Source: Myxococcota bacterium
GTDB lineage: Bacteria > Myxococcota_A > UBA9160 > UBA4427
DNA: 64,000 bases
Reading direction: 5' to 3'
Assembly: GCA_965223565.1 (NCBI GenBank)
Contig: CBDCWV010000010.1
Span: 110,927 to 174,926, forward strand
Every line of letters begins with the position of its first letter. Within the stretch, counting starts at the first letter, position 1. Position numbers and translations under genes: made by a program. Shown one piece after another: positions 18,397 through 28,299 of the stretch. The notes below the pieces were generated by a model. It was not told the DNA's origin, ran no database searches, and worked only from the letters and a program-made list of their open reading frames with translations.

Positions 18397-20553
18397 TCAC
18401 GACCGGGAGGACGGCAGGAAGAAGATCGGCGAGGACCAGGCGCGCTCTCCGACCGGTGCCAGGCAATCGTCGGGGGCCACCCCCGGCGGTGGCGCCCGAC
18501 ATAGCTCGACTGCGATACAGCGTCCCGAGTCGTCGCGCTCGCATCGAAGCGGATCACCATTGATCGCCGGCGTCGCCTCCTGAACGATTCGCACGTAGTA
18601 GGCGGTCTCCCGCTCCGGAGCGGTGCCCTCAGGATCGTCGAATTCCACCCGGCAGCCTACGGCGGGATCGGCTGGACAGTCGAAGACCCGCCAGGGATCC
18701 TCGATGCGCGCGGCAATCGCCGCTTCGCCGCGTGGCCCCGGAGAGATGCGTACGACTTCGACCCGCTCGATCCCATGTCGCTCGTCCGAGGGATGGTGGC
18801 ACTCGCCCAGGCAGAGCGACGCAATCCGCTCGGCCGAGAGTGCCGCGTGCACGAAATCGGGGCAGCCCGGTCGTTGACGGCGCGCACCCAGGACCCGGAC
18901 CTCGAATCGAAACCGTGAACCCCTTCGTGCCGTGATCTCCGACCCCATAGGGTGCCGCCGCCCCGCGTCGTCGATGGCGTCGAAGTGCAGCACGATTCGC
19001 GCGCCCGAGGTGCCGTAGACGCGCTTGCGCGAGAGTGCATCGAAGATGCTGTCGCGATCCCGTGCGGTCGCGTGCACGGCCGTGAGGCCCCCGCTGTAGT
19101 AGTAGGCCGTGTGACGGGGATCGAAGAAGTCGGCCGGCAGGGGATATCGGACGCCATCGGTCATGACGAGTCGCGCGAACTCCTTGTAGCCCGTACCGGG
19201 GCGACTGCGATGCGTGTCGCTCGCGGCGACGAATCCGAACCGAAAGCGATCGTCGACGCGCTTGCCTTCCACGTCGGCCAGGGCGAGGGCGTACTGCGCG
19301 CTCTGTCGCGGTCGGTAGGTCCAGGCGGGCATGAACGCCGATTCCAATTGACCGCAATCGCCCCAATCTTCGGGTGTCGTGCCCGCGACCGCATCGGTGA
19401 GCGAACCGAGCCCGCCGTAGGAGGAATCCACCCCGGCGGCCGCCTGCACCGCCTCGTCGACCGCAATCTCACACGCCGCACTCTCGACATCGTCACATCG
19501 GGCGCGCGCCAGTCGGGCTGCCCGTTCGCAGCAGAGCTCGATCCCGGGTCCCGTCGACGGGCAGTGGTAGCGTTTATCCGCGTCCCGAGCGGGCCGTTCG
19601 AATTCGACGTAGCGCTCGGAGTTCCCGTGGCCGGAATAGACCTCGAGCAGGCGTTGCCAGCGGGGATCGTGCTGCTCGAGCTGGAGATCGAGACGCGCGT
19701 GGGCCGGATTCGTCGTGCCCCAGGCGAGTCCGTGGGGAATCACGAGTGCGCGATGGTTCCACTCGTCGAGCTTTCGGAACAGGTCGCGCGGTGTGGCTGC
19801 CGACTCGCGGCAGTCGAGCGGGAGCGCCCGGACGGGCACGTCTGGCGGGCAGTCCTCGACGGCGGTGGCGTCGAAGAGATAGCGATGGAAGCTCGCGAAA
19901 TCCGAGTAGCGGCGCTCGCCCATCAGAACGCCCAGCGTTCCAATCCCGCCGAAGGGCCAGGCGAATCCGGGAGCCGAGGCGATCGGGCGCGCAGGAATCG
20001 CCTCGTCGGCCAGGTCCGCGAGAACGACGTTCTTGTGCCCGTAGTGGCGCTCCGGGCGATCGGCATGCGACCACTCCCAGCCGAGGAAGCTCACGAGATC
20101 GGGCTGTTCGGAATCGCCGGCGATCGCGTCGCAGGCGCGCACGGCCTCGATCGTCGCGCGCCAATGTGCGGGCGTCAGGCTCTCGGCATGGTCGTTGATG
20201 CTCCAGAAATCGAGCTGTGAGCAGAAACGAGCGAAGTCACAGGCGTCGGCCGGCGTCCGCCTCATGTCGAGGCCTTCGATCTGATAGGACTGGAGAAACG
20301 AATCCGCGCTGTAGTTCGTGTGCACGTGAAGATCGCCGAACAGAACCTGCTCCGATCCTTCCGCGGTAGCGTCGCCCGGTCGGCGAACGACGGGCCTGGC
20401 CCGATTCGTCGGCTCGCCCACGAGCATCGGTTCTCCCTGACGCGCGGAGTGCCATGTCATGGCGTAGAGCGAGGCAAGAGTGAAGAGGAGGATCGAAACC
20501 ACGATGCCGAGCGCGATCGCAGCGTAACGAATGGCTCGCTTCAGGAGGCCCAT
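18397..20553 (-). CDS. DUF3604 family protein (PHP-like metal-binding)
   Basis: N-terminal TM, LFGDLHVHT, LDFWSINDHAE, FLGWEWS, YGTSG, ERAWSSPI. Confidence 0.85.
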   Translation of the reverse strand: MGLLKRAIRYAAIALGIVVSILLFTLASLYAMTWHSARQGEPMLVGEPTNRARPVVRRPGDATAEGSEQVLFGDLHVHTNYSADSFLQSYQIEGLDMRRTPADACDFARFCSQLDFWSINDHAESLTPAHWRATIEAVRACDAIAGDSEQPDLVSFLGWEWSHADRPERHYGHKNVVLADLADEAIPARPIASAPGFAWPFGGIGTLGVLMGERRYSDFASFHRYLFDATAVEDCPPDVPVRALPLDCRESAATPRDLFRKLDEWNHRALVIPHGLAWGTTNPAHARLDLQLEQHDPRWQRLLEVYSGHGNSERYVEFERPARDADKRYHCPSTGPGIELCCERAARLARARCDDVESAACEIAVDEAVQAAAGVDSSYGGLGSLTDAVAGTTPEDWGDCGQLESAFMPAWTYRPRQSAQYALALADVEGKRVDDRFRFGFVAASDTHRSRPGTGYKEFARLVMTDGVRYPLPADFFDPRHTAYYYSGGLTAVHATARDRDSIFDALSRKRVYGTSGARIVLHFDAIDDAGRRHPMGSEITARRGSRFRFEVRVLGARRQRPGCPDFVHAALSAERIASLCLGECHHPSDERHGIERVEVVRISPGPRGEAAIAARIEDPWRVFDCPADPAVGCRVEFDDPEGTAPERETAYYVRIVQEATPAINGDPLRCERDDSGRCIAVELCRAPPPGVAPDDCLAPVGERAWSSPIFFLPSSRS

Positions 20554-20714
20554 CCGATTCCGTTCTCCTCGCCGTTTTCTGGTCTCGATGGTAGTCGCGC
20601 TCGCGTGCGCTGCACGCTGCTGCGGCCGAGCCGCGAACGGAGCCGGCTCGCTCGATTGAGCTTTCCAAGAGAGCGAGATAGCGTCGGGCGCACGAGTGAT
20701 GGAAGGAGCACGAC

Positions 20715-21200
20715 GTGGACAGTGTTCAGGAGCTGATCGAGATCGAGGCCATCAAGCGACTGAAAGGCCGCTATGTCCGTGCCGTCGATACCAAGGACTG
20801 GGAGCTGCTGGCGAGCACGTTCACGCCGACGGCACGGAGCGTCTACAACGACGGGATCTTCGCCTTCGAAGGACGCGACGAGATCATCGCCTTTCTCAAG
20901 GGAGCGCTCGACACGAAGGTGATCGTCTCGATGCACCATGCGCATACGCCGGAAATCGAGATCACCGGCGAGAGCTCGGCACGCGGCACCTGGTATCTCG
21001 AGGACACCGTGATCAACCCCGGCGACGCGACCGAGCACAACCCGGCGAAGAACGTGATGGTCGGGACCGGGATCTACCACGACGAGTACACGAAGGTCGA
21101 CGGTGCGTGGCTGATCGCCCTCACGGGCTACGAGCGGATCTTCGAGTACAGCTCGCCCGTCCACCCGAAGGCGACCCTGCGTACACGCTGGCATCGCTGA
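20715..21200 (+). CDS. SnoaL_4/NTF2-like protein (BaiE-like)
   Basis: IEAIKRLKGRYVRAVDTKDW, HHAHTPEI, GIYHDEY. Confidence 0.85.
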   Translation: MDSVQELIEIEAIKRLKGRYVRAVDTKDWELLASTFTPTARSVYNDGIFAFEGRDEIIAFLKGALDTKVIVSMHHAHTPEIEITGESSARGTWYLEDTVINPGDATEHNPAKNVMVGTGIYHDEYTKVDGAWLIALTGYERIFEYSSPVHPKATLRTRWHR

Positions 21201-21203
21201 CGA

Positions 21204-22313
21204 TCAGGGCGCCATCGTGTCGGGCGCGTCGAAGCCGTAGGGGCGATAGATGCCGACGATGAAGTTCTCGTGCATGCCGTAGCCCACGTCGCCGTTGCTG
21301 GCGTCGAATCGGCAAAGCGTCTCGTTCAGTCCAAAGACCTGCGCCCGCACACGCGGCGAGCTGACGTCGTACTGGAGGCCCTCGACCTTGAGCGGGCCCT
21401 GGTAGACGCCGTGCCCCCAGCCATCGGTATTGATGTAGCCGCTGCCCATTCCGAGATTGACCGTACGGAGCGCGGTGTTCTCGATCGTGAGGTCGCTGTT
21501 GGCGAAGCCGATCGTCGCGCCCGAGATCTCCCGCGTGCCCGGGTGGTACCGCATCTCGTGGCTCGGTGAGCCGAGGATCTCGCTCTCCTTGTCGATCCCG
21601 TAATTGAAGACCTTGATGCCTTCTTCGAGGACGCGTTCACCGTCGGGGCCCTCTTCGATGAAGACCTTGATCATGTAGTCGTCGAATTGCATCGGCATCC
21701 AGTTGTGGAAGAAGCCGTGCGCGCGCTCCTCCGTCACACGAATGCCGGGAGGCTCCGGCTCGCCGACGCCGCGGATTCCCCAGGACCGATCGCGCGCCCC
21801 CTTCCACTTGTCGGGGCGAACGTCGAAGGACTTGCCCGCCACCTCGAGCGTGCCGGAATAGCAGCCGACCTGAGCGAACCGAGCGTTCTCCATCACGGTG
21901 CGACCGAAGCTCTTCTTGATGGACTTGGGCTCTTCGAGCGGCGGGTGCGCCCCGTTCCATTCGACGTCGAAGCCGACCCCCCATTCGTTGTCCTCGCAGA
22001 CGAGTCGGAGTCGTTTGAGACCCTCGAGGACCTCGATCCGGAAGGGACCCACTTGCGTGTCCATGCGATCGTGGCCGAGCTCGCGCGACGCCCGCACCGT
22101 GTACTGAGTCCCGCCGTAGGAGACGCAGACGAAGGCGTCGGTCACGCCGAGATTCGGGTACTGACCGATTCCCGTCACGAGGAAGAGCTCGTCGCTCGAC
22201 GCGTGCATGTTGAAGTAGTAGCGGTCGAAGAAGTTTCGATCGCTCGTGAAGACCTCGTCGAACGGATCGGTCGTCTGGTGGGCGAGGTAGTCGTCCATGG
22301 GGCCCAAAGGCAT
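21204..22313 (-). CDS. Conserved hypothetical protein, Rv3169-like
   Basis: MPLGPMDDYLAHQ..SDRNFFDRYYFN, RDRSWGIR. Similarity recalled, not searched. Confidence 0.65.
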   Translation of the reverse strand: MPLGPMDDYLAHQTTDPFDEVFTSDRNFFDRYYFNMHASSDELFLVTGIGQYPNLGVTDAFVCVSYGGTQYTVRASRELGHDRMDTQVGPFRIEVLEGLKRLRLVCEDNEWGVGFDVEWNGAHPPLEEPKSIKKSFGRTVMENARFAQVGCYSGTLEVAGKSFDVRPDKWKGARDRSWGIRGVGEPEPPGIRVTEERAHGFFHNWMPMQFDDYMIKVFIEEGPDGERVLEEGIKVFNYGIDKESEILGSPSHEMRYHPGTREISGATIGFANSDLTIENTALRTVNLGMGSGYINTDGWGHGVYQGPLKVEGLQYDVSSPRVRAQVFGLNETLCRFDASNGDVGYGMHENFIVGIYRPYGFDAPDTMAP

Positions 22314-22350
22314 GGCACTCTCCTGGTGGTCTCGGCTGCGTCCGGCAAGC

Positions 22351-23208
22351 CTAGGCGAATCCCGGACGACCAGCCTCCGAGAGCACGGCGCGCATCGCCG
22401 CCGCCGTACGCCGACCGACGTCGACGGGATCCATCCCTTCGTGCTCCTCGGAGATGACCTCGACGCCCGTCGGCGCGCGACAGCCGATCTCGTCGAGCGT
22501 GCGCAGGAGCGGGACGAGCGGAATCGCTCCGTCACCCGGTAGCAGGCGCGCCCGCATCGCCTCGGCGGGTAGGTCGTCCCAGGCCTCGCGCGGAGCATCG
22601 TTCCACTGGGTGCTGGCGATCTTGTCGCCTGGAATCGTGCGCAACCCCTCGAGATCGGCGCCACCGCGAAACCAGTGCCAGCTGTCGAAGAGGATCGTCG
22701 CATTGTCGCGACCGGTCCGACCGATCAGATCGAGGGCATGGACGATCGTCGGTACGCCGCTCCAGGGGAGGAATTCGTAGGTGACGAGCAAGCCATGTTC
22801 ACGTGCACGATCACACACCCTTGCCAGATCCTCTGCGGCTCGGTCGTAGTCGAGCACTCGACCGAAGCCCTGGGTCAGATTCAACGATCGCGCGCCGAGC
22901 TGCTCGGCGATCTCGAGGTAGTCCCTTTCCTCGAGCAGCTCGACCATCGCCTCGCCCGGAGCGGGGATCGCCTGATCGGTCCACGTCAGCAGACAGTCCA
23001 GATCGGCCACGACGAGCCCGTTGTCGGCCAACAGCCGGCGCGCGTCGTCCCAGTCGAGGCCCGCCGCACGGGCGCTGCGCAGATCCTGCGGCCAGACCGA
23101 GATCGCGTCGTATCCGCCGGCAACGGCTGCCGCCACCACGTCCGGAAAGCTCGCGCTCAGGATATTCGTCGTGTTGAAGACGAGGTGTTCGGGACCGAGC
23201 TCGGTCAT
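22351..23208 (-). CDS. Sugar phosphate isomerase/epimerase (AP endonuclease 2 TIM barrel)
   Basis: TYEFLPW, LFDSWHW, RLLPGDG, GVEVIS. Confidence 0.85.
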   Translation of the reverse strand: MTELGPEHLVFNTTNILSASFPDVVAAAVAGGYDAISVWPQDLRSARAAGLDWDDARRLLADNGLVVADLDCLLTWTDQAIPAPGEAMVELLEERDYLEIAEQLGARSLNLTQGFGRVLDYDRAAEDLARVCDRAREHGLLVTYEFLPWSGVPTIVHALDLIGRTGRDNATILFDSWHWFRGGADLEGLRTIPGDKIASTQWNDAPREAWDDLPAEAMRARLLPGDGAIPLVPLLRTLDEIGCRAPTGVEVISEEHEGMDPVDVGRRTAAAMRAVLSEAGRPGFA

Positions 23209-23338
23209 GCGTCTCTGCCTCCCCGGACCACGCCGAATCCGCCGCCACGCTACCGCAGATCCGGTTGGCCCGGTCTGGCGGACCCGGGCGGGACGGACGA
23301 AGCTTGAGCCGAGTTTGGCAGAACAAGGAAGCAGCCCG

Positions 23339-23875
23339 ATGGCGACCCTCGACGAGCTCGAAGCACGACTGCAGGCACTGGAAGACATCCACGCGATCAC
23401 CCAGCTCAAGCACCGCTACTTCCGGCACCTCGATCACAAGGAGTGGGGGCCCCTGCGCGCCTGCTTCACGGAGGATGTCGAAACCCACTACGAGAGCGGT
23501 CATTATCGATTCGAAGGCATCGAAGACGTGATGCGATTTCTCTCCGAGAGCCTCGAGGGCCTGACGGCCGGGGGGCGTGTCGCGCTCCACCTCGGACATC
23601 ATCCCGAAATCGAGCTACTCGGCCCGACGAGCGCGCGCGGCCGCTGGACGCTCCACGCACCGATCGTCGAGACTGCCGACGGCTGCCTCGGCAGCCACGA
23701 CTCGTTCTACCTCGACGAGTACCGGAAGGAGGGCGACGACTGGCGAATCTGTCGAATCGGCTACGAGAGCTATACGCAGATTCGCTACCCGGCGCAGGGA
23801 CTCGAGGCTTCGATCGGCGAAGAGTCCGACTCACGTGCGGTGAACGCGAACGCGCGGGCCGTGGCGCAACGCTAG
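23339..23875 (+). CDS. SnoaL_4/NTF2-like protein (BaiE-like)
   Basis: LEDIHAITQLKHRYFRHLDHKEW, HLGHHPEI, FYLDEYRK. Confidence 0.85.
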   Translation: MATLDELEARLQALEDIHAITQLKHRYFRHLDHKEWGPLRACFTEDVETHYESGHYRFEGIEDVMRFLSESLEGLTAGGRVALHLGHHPEIELLGPTSARGRWTLHAPIVETADGCLGSHDSFYLDEYRKEGDDWRICRIGYESYTQIRYPAQGLEASIGEESDSRAVNANARAVAQR

Positions 23876-23896
23876 TATCGACGAAGCGCGTCGCGT

Positions 23897-24574
23897 TCAA
23901 CCGAGTGGCGGTGCGCCGAGCTCCGCCATGTCCTGCTTCCAGCGATCGAACCAATAGCGATTCGGGTCTTCCCGACGCGTCGCTTCGATTCGCCCCGTGT
24001 CCCAGAGCTTCGAGAACGTGAAGGCGCGCGGGCAGTGGATCAGCGCCTCGTCGACCCCGAGCAGGATGCCCTGCAGGATGCGCGTATTGTCGTCGGGGTC
24101 GAAGACGTCGGGCGACACGCCCGAGAGGCCGTCGCCTTCGCGCTCGAGGACCGAGACCCGTCCATTCACGCGAACGGTCCAATCGCACCCGGGGATGAGG
24201 AAGAGCAAGCCGGCACGAGGATTGGTCTCGAGGTTCTCGTACGACTGGAACAGGTTGTTGCCGGCGATGTCGGGCAGAAGGAGCCTCTTCGCGTCGACGA
24301 CCCGCACGAAGCCCGGTCGACCACCCTTGGGTGACGCGTCGCAGTCTCCGCGCGCGCTCGCGGTCGCCAACACCACGAATGGCGCCCGGCGAACGAAGTC
24401 CTGGATCATCCCGTTCATCTCGGGCAGGACCTTCTTGCGCACGATCTCGATCGGGAGACCGAACTTCTCTTGGGCTCGATTCGGCTTCGCAGCTCCGTCG
24501 AGATTCGACGCGATCGGAGAAGTCTTCGGTTCGCGCGCGGTGGGCGACTCGAGATCGGGGGAATGCTGTTCCAT
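23897..24574 (-). CDS. Pyridoxamine 5'-phosphate oxidase-like FMN-binding protein
   Basis: DASPKGGRPGFV, PDIAGNN, GLLFLIPG, VRVNG, HCPRA. Confidence 0.85.
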   Translation of the reverse strand: MEQHSPDLESPTAREPKTSPIASNLDGAAKPNRAQEKFGLPIEIVRKKVLPEMNGMIQDFVRRAPFVVLATASARGDCDASPKGGRPGFVRVVDAKRLLLPDIAGNNLFQSYENLETNPRAGLLFLIPGCDWTVRVNGRVSVLEREGDGLSGVSPDVFDPDDNTRILQGILLGVDEALIHCPRAFTFSKLWDTGRIEATRREDPNRYWFDRWKQDMAELGAPPLG

Positions 24575-24676
24575 GACGGCCTCACTGACTGCTCGTCCAG
24601 CAAGCGTATCGCAGGGAACCTCGAGGCTCGAAGCCGCCCCGTGCGCAACGGCGGGGGATCGCTCGATTGCAAGGGA

Positions 24677-25069
24677 TCAGGCGAGCCAGATCTGGTGGGC
24701 GAGCTTGCCGGCCGCAACGAAGGTGATGAGCATCGTCCCGAAGGCGCCGATCGCGCGCAGAGGGTGGCTGATGGAGTCGCCCTTCAGGCCGACCGCGTGC
24801 GCGATCCGGGCCACGACGAGCGCGATACCGAGGCCGTGCAGCCAGCCCGTCGAGGCGCCGTTCAGCTCGAGCGCCAACAGCATCAGGAGCAGGAGCGGAA
24901 CGTACTCGACGAAGTTCGCGTGACGCCGCATGGCGAGCAGCAATTCCGGGTTGCCGCCGTCGCCGATCGAGATCCCCGTCTTGCCGCGCAGCGCACCTGC
25001 GGGCGCCGCCAGGCCAAAGGACATCAGCGCGAAGATGATCAGGTAGAGAGAGGTGATCGGAACGGACAT
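24677..25069 (-). CDS. MAPEG family membrane protein
   Basis: ISIGDGG, MRRHANFVEYVP, RIAHAVG. AGGAGG ribosome-binding site. Confidence 0.88.
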   Translation of the reverse strand: MSVPITSLYLIIFALMSFGLAAPAGALRGKTGISIGDGGNPELLLAMRRHANFVEYVPLLLLMLLALELNGASTGWLHGLGIALVVARIAHAVGLKGDSISHPLRAIGAFGTMLITFVAAGKLAHQIWLA

Positions 25070-25377
25070 CGGAGCCTCCTCGGTCGTGCCAGTCGCCGCT
25101 CGAGATCCGGCGTGCCGGACCCGGACTCGAGAAACCAGGCGTAGAGAATGCAGTAGACGGATCGATTGCGACCAGTCCGGATTCGCACCCACGACGTGTG
25201 AGACGATCCGAGAAGGACAGCCGTCGATCATGAATCGTGGCAGATCGGCGAGAGATCCGCGCGGGGCACGCATGCGGGGCGAAAGCGACCCGCATAACGT
25301 CGAGAAAGCTCGGGCTCGGAATGCTCGAGGGAATGATCCGGTCGGCCGATCGTTCTGGGGAGGGGAGGAACCCGAAA

Positions 25378-25857
25378 TTGATCGACCCGAGAATCAAGCG
25401 TGCAGGGCTGATCGCCCTGGCCGTGCTCGTGCTCGCACCCCTCGCCTCAGCCGTCTGGAACGACTGGATGGAGGGCACTCAGAAGGAGATGATCGAGAAC
25501 CAGATCAAGTTCGCGGAACACCATCGCGGCCGCCCGGTGAAGGAGACCGCGGCCGAGCGGGCACAGCGGACCGCACGGCTCTGCGGCGAGACGCTGGAGA
25601 TCGACGAGTGCACCGTTCCCGAATCGGTCTGGGACGTGCGTCGATGCCTGGACCGACTGCGCCGGAACGGCTGCGATTCCCTGCCGGAGATCCACCTCTG
25701 TGCGGCGGTCGAACAGCTCGAGATCTGCGAAGACCCCTTTCTCGACCATGCCCGGAACGGCTGTGATCGTCTGCGTGAGACGGCCAACTGCCGATCGAAG
25801 CCCACGCCCGACGAGCTCCCGAGCGATCTCTGGCTGATCCGCTTCGATCCCGACTGA
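25378..25857 (+). CDS. Hypothetical membrane-anchored Cys-rich protein
   Basis: TTG start after GGGAGGA, one TM helix, 8 Cys, internal repeat RNGCD-L-E. Confidence 0.55.
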   Translation: MIDPRIKRAGLIALAVLVLAPLASAVWNDWMEGTQKEMIENQIKFAEHHRGRPVKETAAERAQRTARLCGETLEIDECTVPESVWDVRRCLDRLRRNGCDSLPEIHLCAAVEQLEICEDPFLDHARNGCDRLRETANCRSKPTPDELPSDLWLIRFDPD

Positions 25858-25881
25858 CGGGACACACGCCCCATCAGACGG

Positions 25882-26859
25882 TCATGCGCTCGGGCTCTTC
25901 GGCTCGAAGTCGAGCCCGAGGCGATGGGCGAGCGCGTGCAGGAAGCCCAGCTCGAGTCGCCGGCTGACCGCGGCCTGCGGCAAGAACGAGTCGGCTCCGT
26001 GGAAGAGGCCCGGATAGACGCAGAGCTCGCAGGCCACGCCCGCCGCCATCAGTCGGCGCGCGTACTCGATGTCCTCGTCGCGAAACAGGTCTTCGGCACC
26101 GACACAGATATAGGCGGGTGGCAGGCCTGCGAGGTCGCTCGCGCGGGCTGCCGCGGCGTAGGGCGAGGCGTCGACACCCGGCTCGCCGTCGAGATACATC
26201 GCCCATGCATTGAACGACGTCTGGCGATTCCAGACCGGATGGTCGCTGATCTGGCCCGAGGGCGTGTCGTGCAGGTTGTCGATCATCGGATAGAGCAGTA
26301 GCTGAAAGGCGATTGCAGGACCTCCGCGATCGCGATTCAGGAGCGCGAGTCCAGCGGCCATCCCGCCACCAGCGCTCGCACCGCCGATCGCGATTCGAGT
26401 GGGATCGATCCCGAGCGCGCTCGATCGTTCGACTGCCCACGAAAGGGCCGCATGGCAATCCTCCGGGCCCGCTGGAAACGGATCCTCCGGCGCCAGGCGA
26501 TAGTCGACGGAGAGCACGCTGCAATCGAGTGATTCGGCGATCACGCGGGCGCGATCGTCCTGGGCCGAGCCGAGGATATAGCCGCCACCGTGTATCCAGA
26601 GGAGACAGGGCCGCGGCGTGCCGCGGGCAGCCGCTCGTTTGTCCGGATGGAAGTAGTGATAGACCGCGACGGCACCGTCCGAGGTCCCGACGGAATGCGC
26701 TTCGATCTCGACCGGCGTCTCTGGCGCCGCGATCGGCGCCTCACTCATGGCCTCGCGAACTGCGACGATGTTGTCGCGGTCGATCTGCGCGAGGGCCGGG
26801 GGCAGGGCGTCGATTACCGGTCGGAGTTCGGGGTCGATTCGATCGAAGTCGAGTTTCAC
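25882..26859 (-). CDS. Alpha/beta hydrolase, HSL/Aes esterase family
   Basis: HGGGY, DYRLAPE, GASAG, GAEDLFRDE, FHG. GTG start after GAGGAG. Confidence 0.92.
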   Translation of the reverse strand: MKLDFDRIDPELRPVIDALPPALAQIDRDNIVAVREAMSEAPIAAPETPVEIEAHSVGTSDGAVAVYHYFHPDKRAAARGTPRPCLLWIHGGGYILGSAQDDRARVIAESLDCSVLSVDYRLAPEDPFPAGPEDCHAALSWAVERSSALGIDPTRIAIGGASAGGGMAAGLALLNRDRGGPAIAFQLLLYPMIDNLHDTPSGQISDHPVWNRQTSFNAWAMYLDGEPGVDASPYAAAARASDLAGLPPAYICVGAEDLFRDEDIEYARRLMAAGVACELCVYPGLFHGADSFLPQAAVSRRLELGFLHALAHRLGLDFEPKSPSA

Positions 26860-27149
26860 GGCGCTCCTCGGATCCATCTTCTCTTCCGCCCTCACATCTC
26901 GGGCAGCCGCCGGCGATCCGGAATGCGGGGCGGCGCGCGCATCCAGTCGATCGGGGCGCCGGCAGGATAGCTCGATCGCGCGGCGTGGGAGATCGCAGCC
27001 GGCCTCAGCCGCGGGCGAACGGGGTGCTATCGTGCCGCCCGGCCGGGTCCTGGAAGGCCCGCCACGATCGAAGAACAGCCATTGCCGCGATCCGCGGTGC
27101 GCCCGCAGAGTCAGGGAGCGCCCGCGAGCCAGGGAGTCACGACGCGACC

Positions 27150-27623
27150 ATGCCGATCAACGAAGGCGACAAGATCCCGAGTGTCACACTCAAGGCGACC
27201 GACATGTCCGACGTCTCGACCGATGCGCTCTTCGCCGGCAAGAAGGTCGTCCTGATCGCCGTGCCGGGGGCTTTCACGCCGACCTGCTCGAATCAACACC
27301 TGCCCGGCTTCATCGAGCGTTCAGACGCGATCCGCGCCAAGGGCGTGGACGATATCATCTGCATGTCGGTCAACGATGCGTTCGTGATGGGCGCCTGGGC
27401 CGAGGATCGTGGCGCGGGCGACGCGGTCAGGCTCGTCGCCGACGGCAATGGGGATCTCACGCGCGCATTGGGACTCGAGTTCGACGGCTCGGCAATCGGA
27501 TTCGGATTGCGCTGCCAGCGCTTTGCGGCGATCGTCGAGAACGGGATCGTCACGCACCTGGCGGTCGATGCCGGTGGAGAATTCGAGGTCAGCAGCGCCG
27601 AGGCGATTCTCGCGGCACTCTGA
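27150..27623 (+). CDS. Peroxiredoxin, Prx5-like
   Basis: VPGAFTPTCS, SVNDAFVM, ADGNG. Confidence 0.93.
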   Translation: MPINEGDKIPSVTLKATDMSDVSTDALFAGKKVVLIAVPGAFTPTCSNQHLPGFIERSDAIRAKGVDDIICMSVNDAFVMGAWAEDRGAGDAVRLVADGNGDLTRALGLEFDGSAIGFGLRCQRFAAIVENGIVTHLAVDAGGEFEVSSAEAILAAL

Positions 27624-27726
27624 GCTCCAGCCAGCCAGAACGGGGCTGCGGAATCGAGCTCCAGGATTTCGAACCCGAACGGGCGTCGATCGGATCACGC
27701 CCCATCAAACGGAGGGAATACCAATC

Positions 27727-28293
27727 ATGGCCAATGAACAATTCGGACCGCTTGCCGCGCTGATCGGTACCTGGGAAGGCGACAAGGGCATCAACGTCTC
27801 CTACGACTACGACAAGAAGGAGATCATCGAAACGCCCTACACGGAGACCGCGGTCTTCAACATCGTCGGCGACGTCACGAATGGGAACCAGACGCTCTGG
27901 GTGATCGACTACACGACGGCGGCGAAACGAATCGGCGAAGAGGACGTCTTCCATACCGAGCTCGGCTACTGGCTCTGGGATCCGGCGCGCGGCGAGGTGA
28001 TGCGCTGCTTCATGGTGCCACGTGGCTCGACGATCCTGGCGGGAGGTAAGTGCGCAGCGAACGCAACGAAATTCGACATGAACGCGAAGATCGGTCAGGA
28101 AGACTTCGGCGTCCTCTCCAACCCCTATCTGATCCAGCACGCGAAGTGCATCGAGTACAAGCTCAGCTGCACGATCGAGGGCGACGTCTGGAGCTACTCC
28201 GAGAACACGATCATGGAGATGACCGCAACGGGCGGCGTAATGGACCACACGGACGTGAACACGCTCGAGCGGGTGACGACCAAGATCGGGTGA
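27727..28293 (+). CDS. Nitrobindin/FABP-like heme-binding beta-barrel protein
   Basis: GPLAALIGTWEG, ELGYWLW, C-terminal HTDVNTL. Confidence 0.8.
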   Translation: MANEQFGPLAALIGTWEGDKGINVSYDYDKKEIIETPYTETAVFNIVGDVTNGNQTLWVIDYTTAAKRIGEEDVFHTELGYWLWDPARGEVMRCFMVPRGSTILAGGKCAANATKFDMNAKIGQEDFGVLSNPYLIQHAKCIEYKLSCTIEGDVWSYSENTIMEMTATGGVMDHTDVNTLERVTTKIG

Positions 28294-28299
28294 GCCGAT

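Noticed and set aside
23326-23335. AGGAAGCAGC resembling the SRP RNA conserved loop
   Set aside because: The preceding CAGGTCCGGA and the flanking stem are missing; it is the RBS region of the SnoaL gene.
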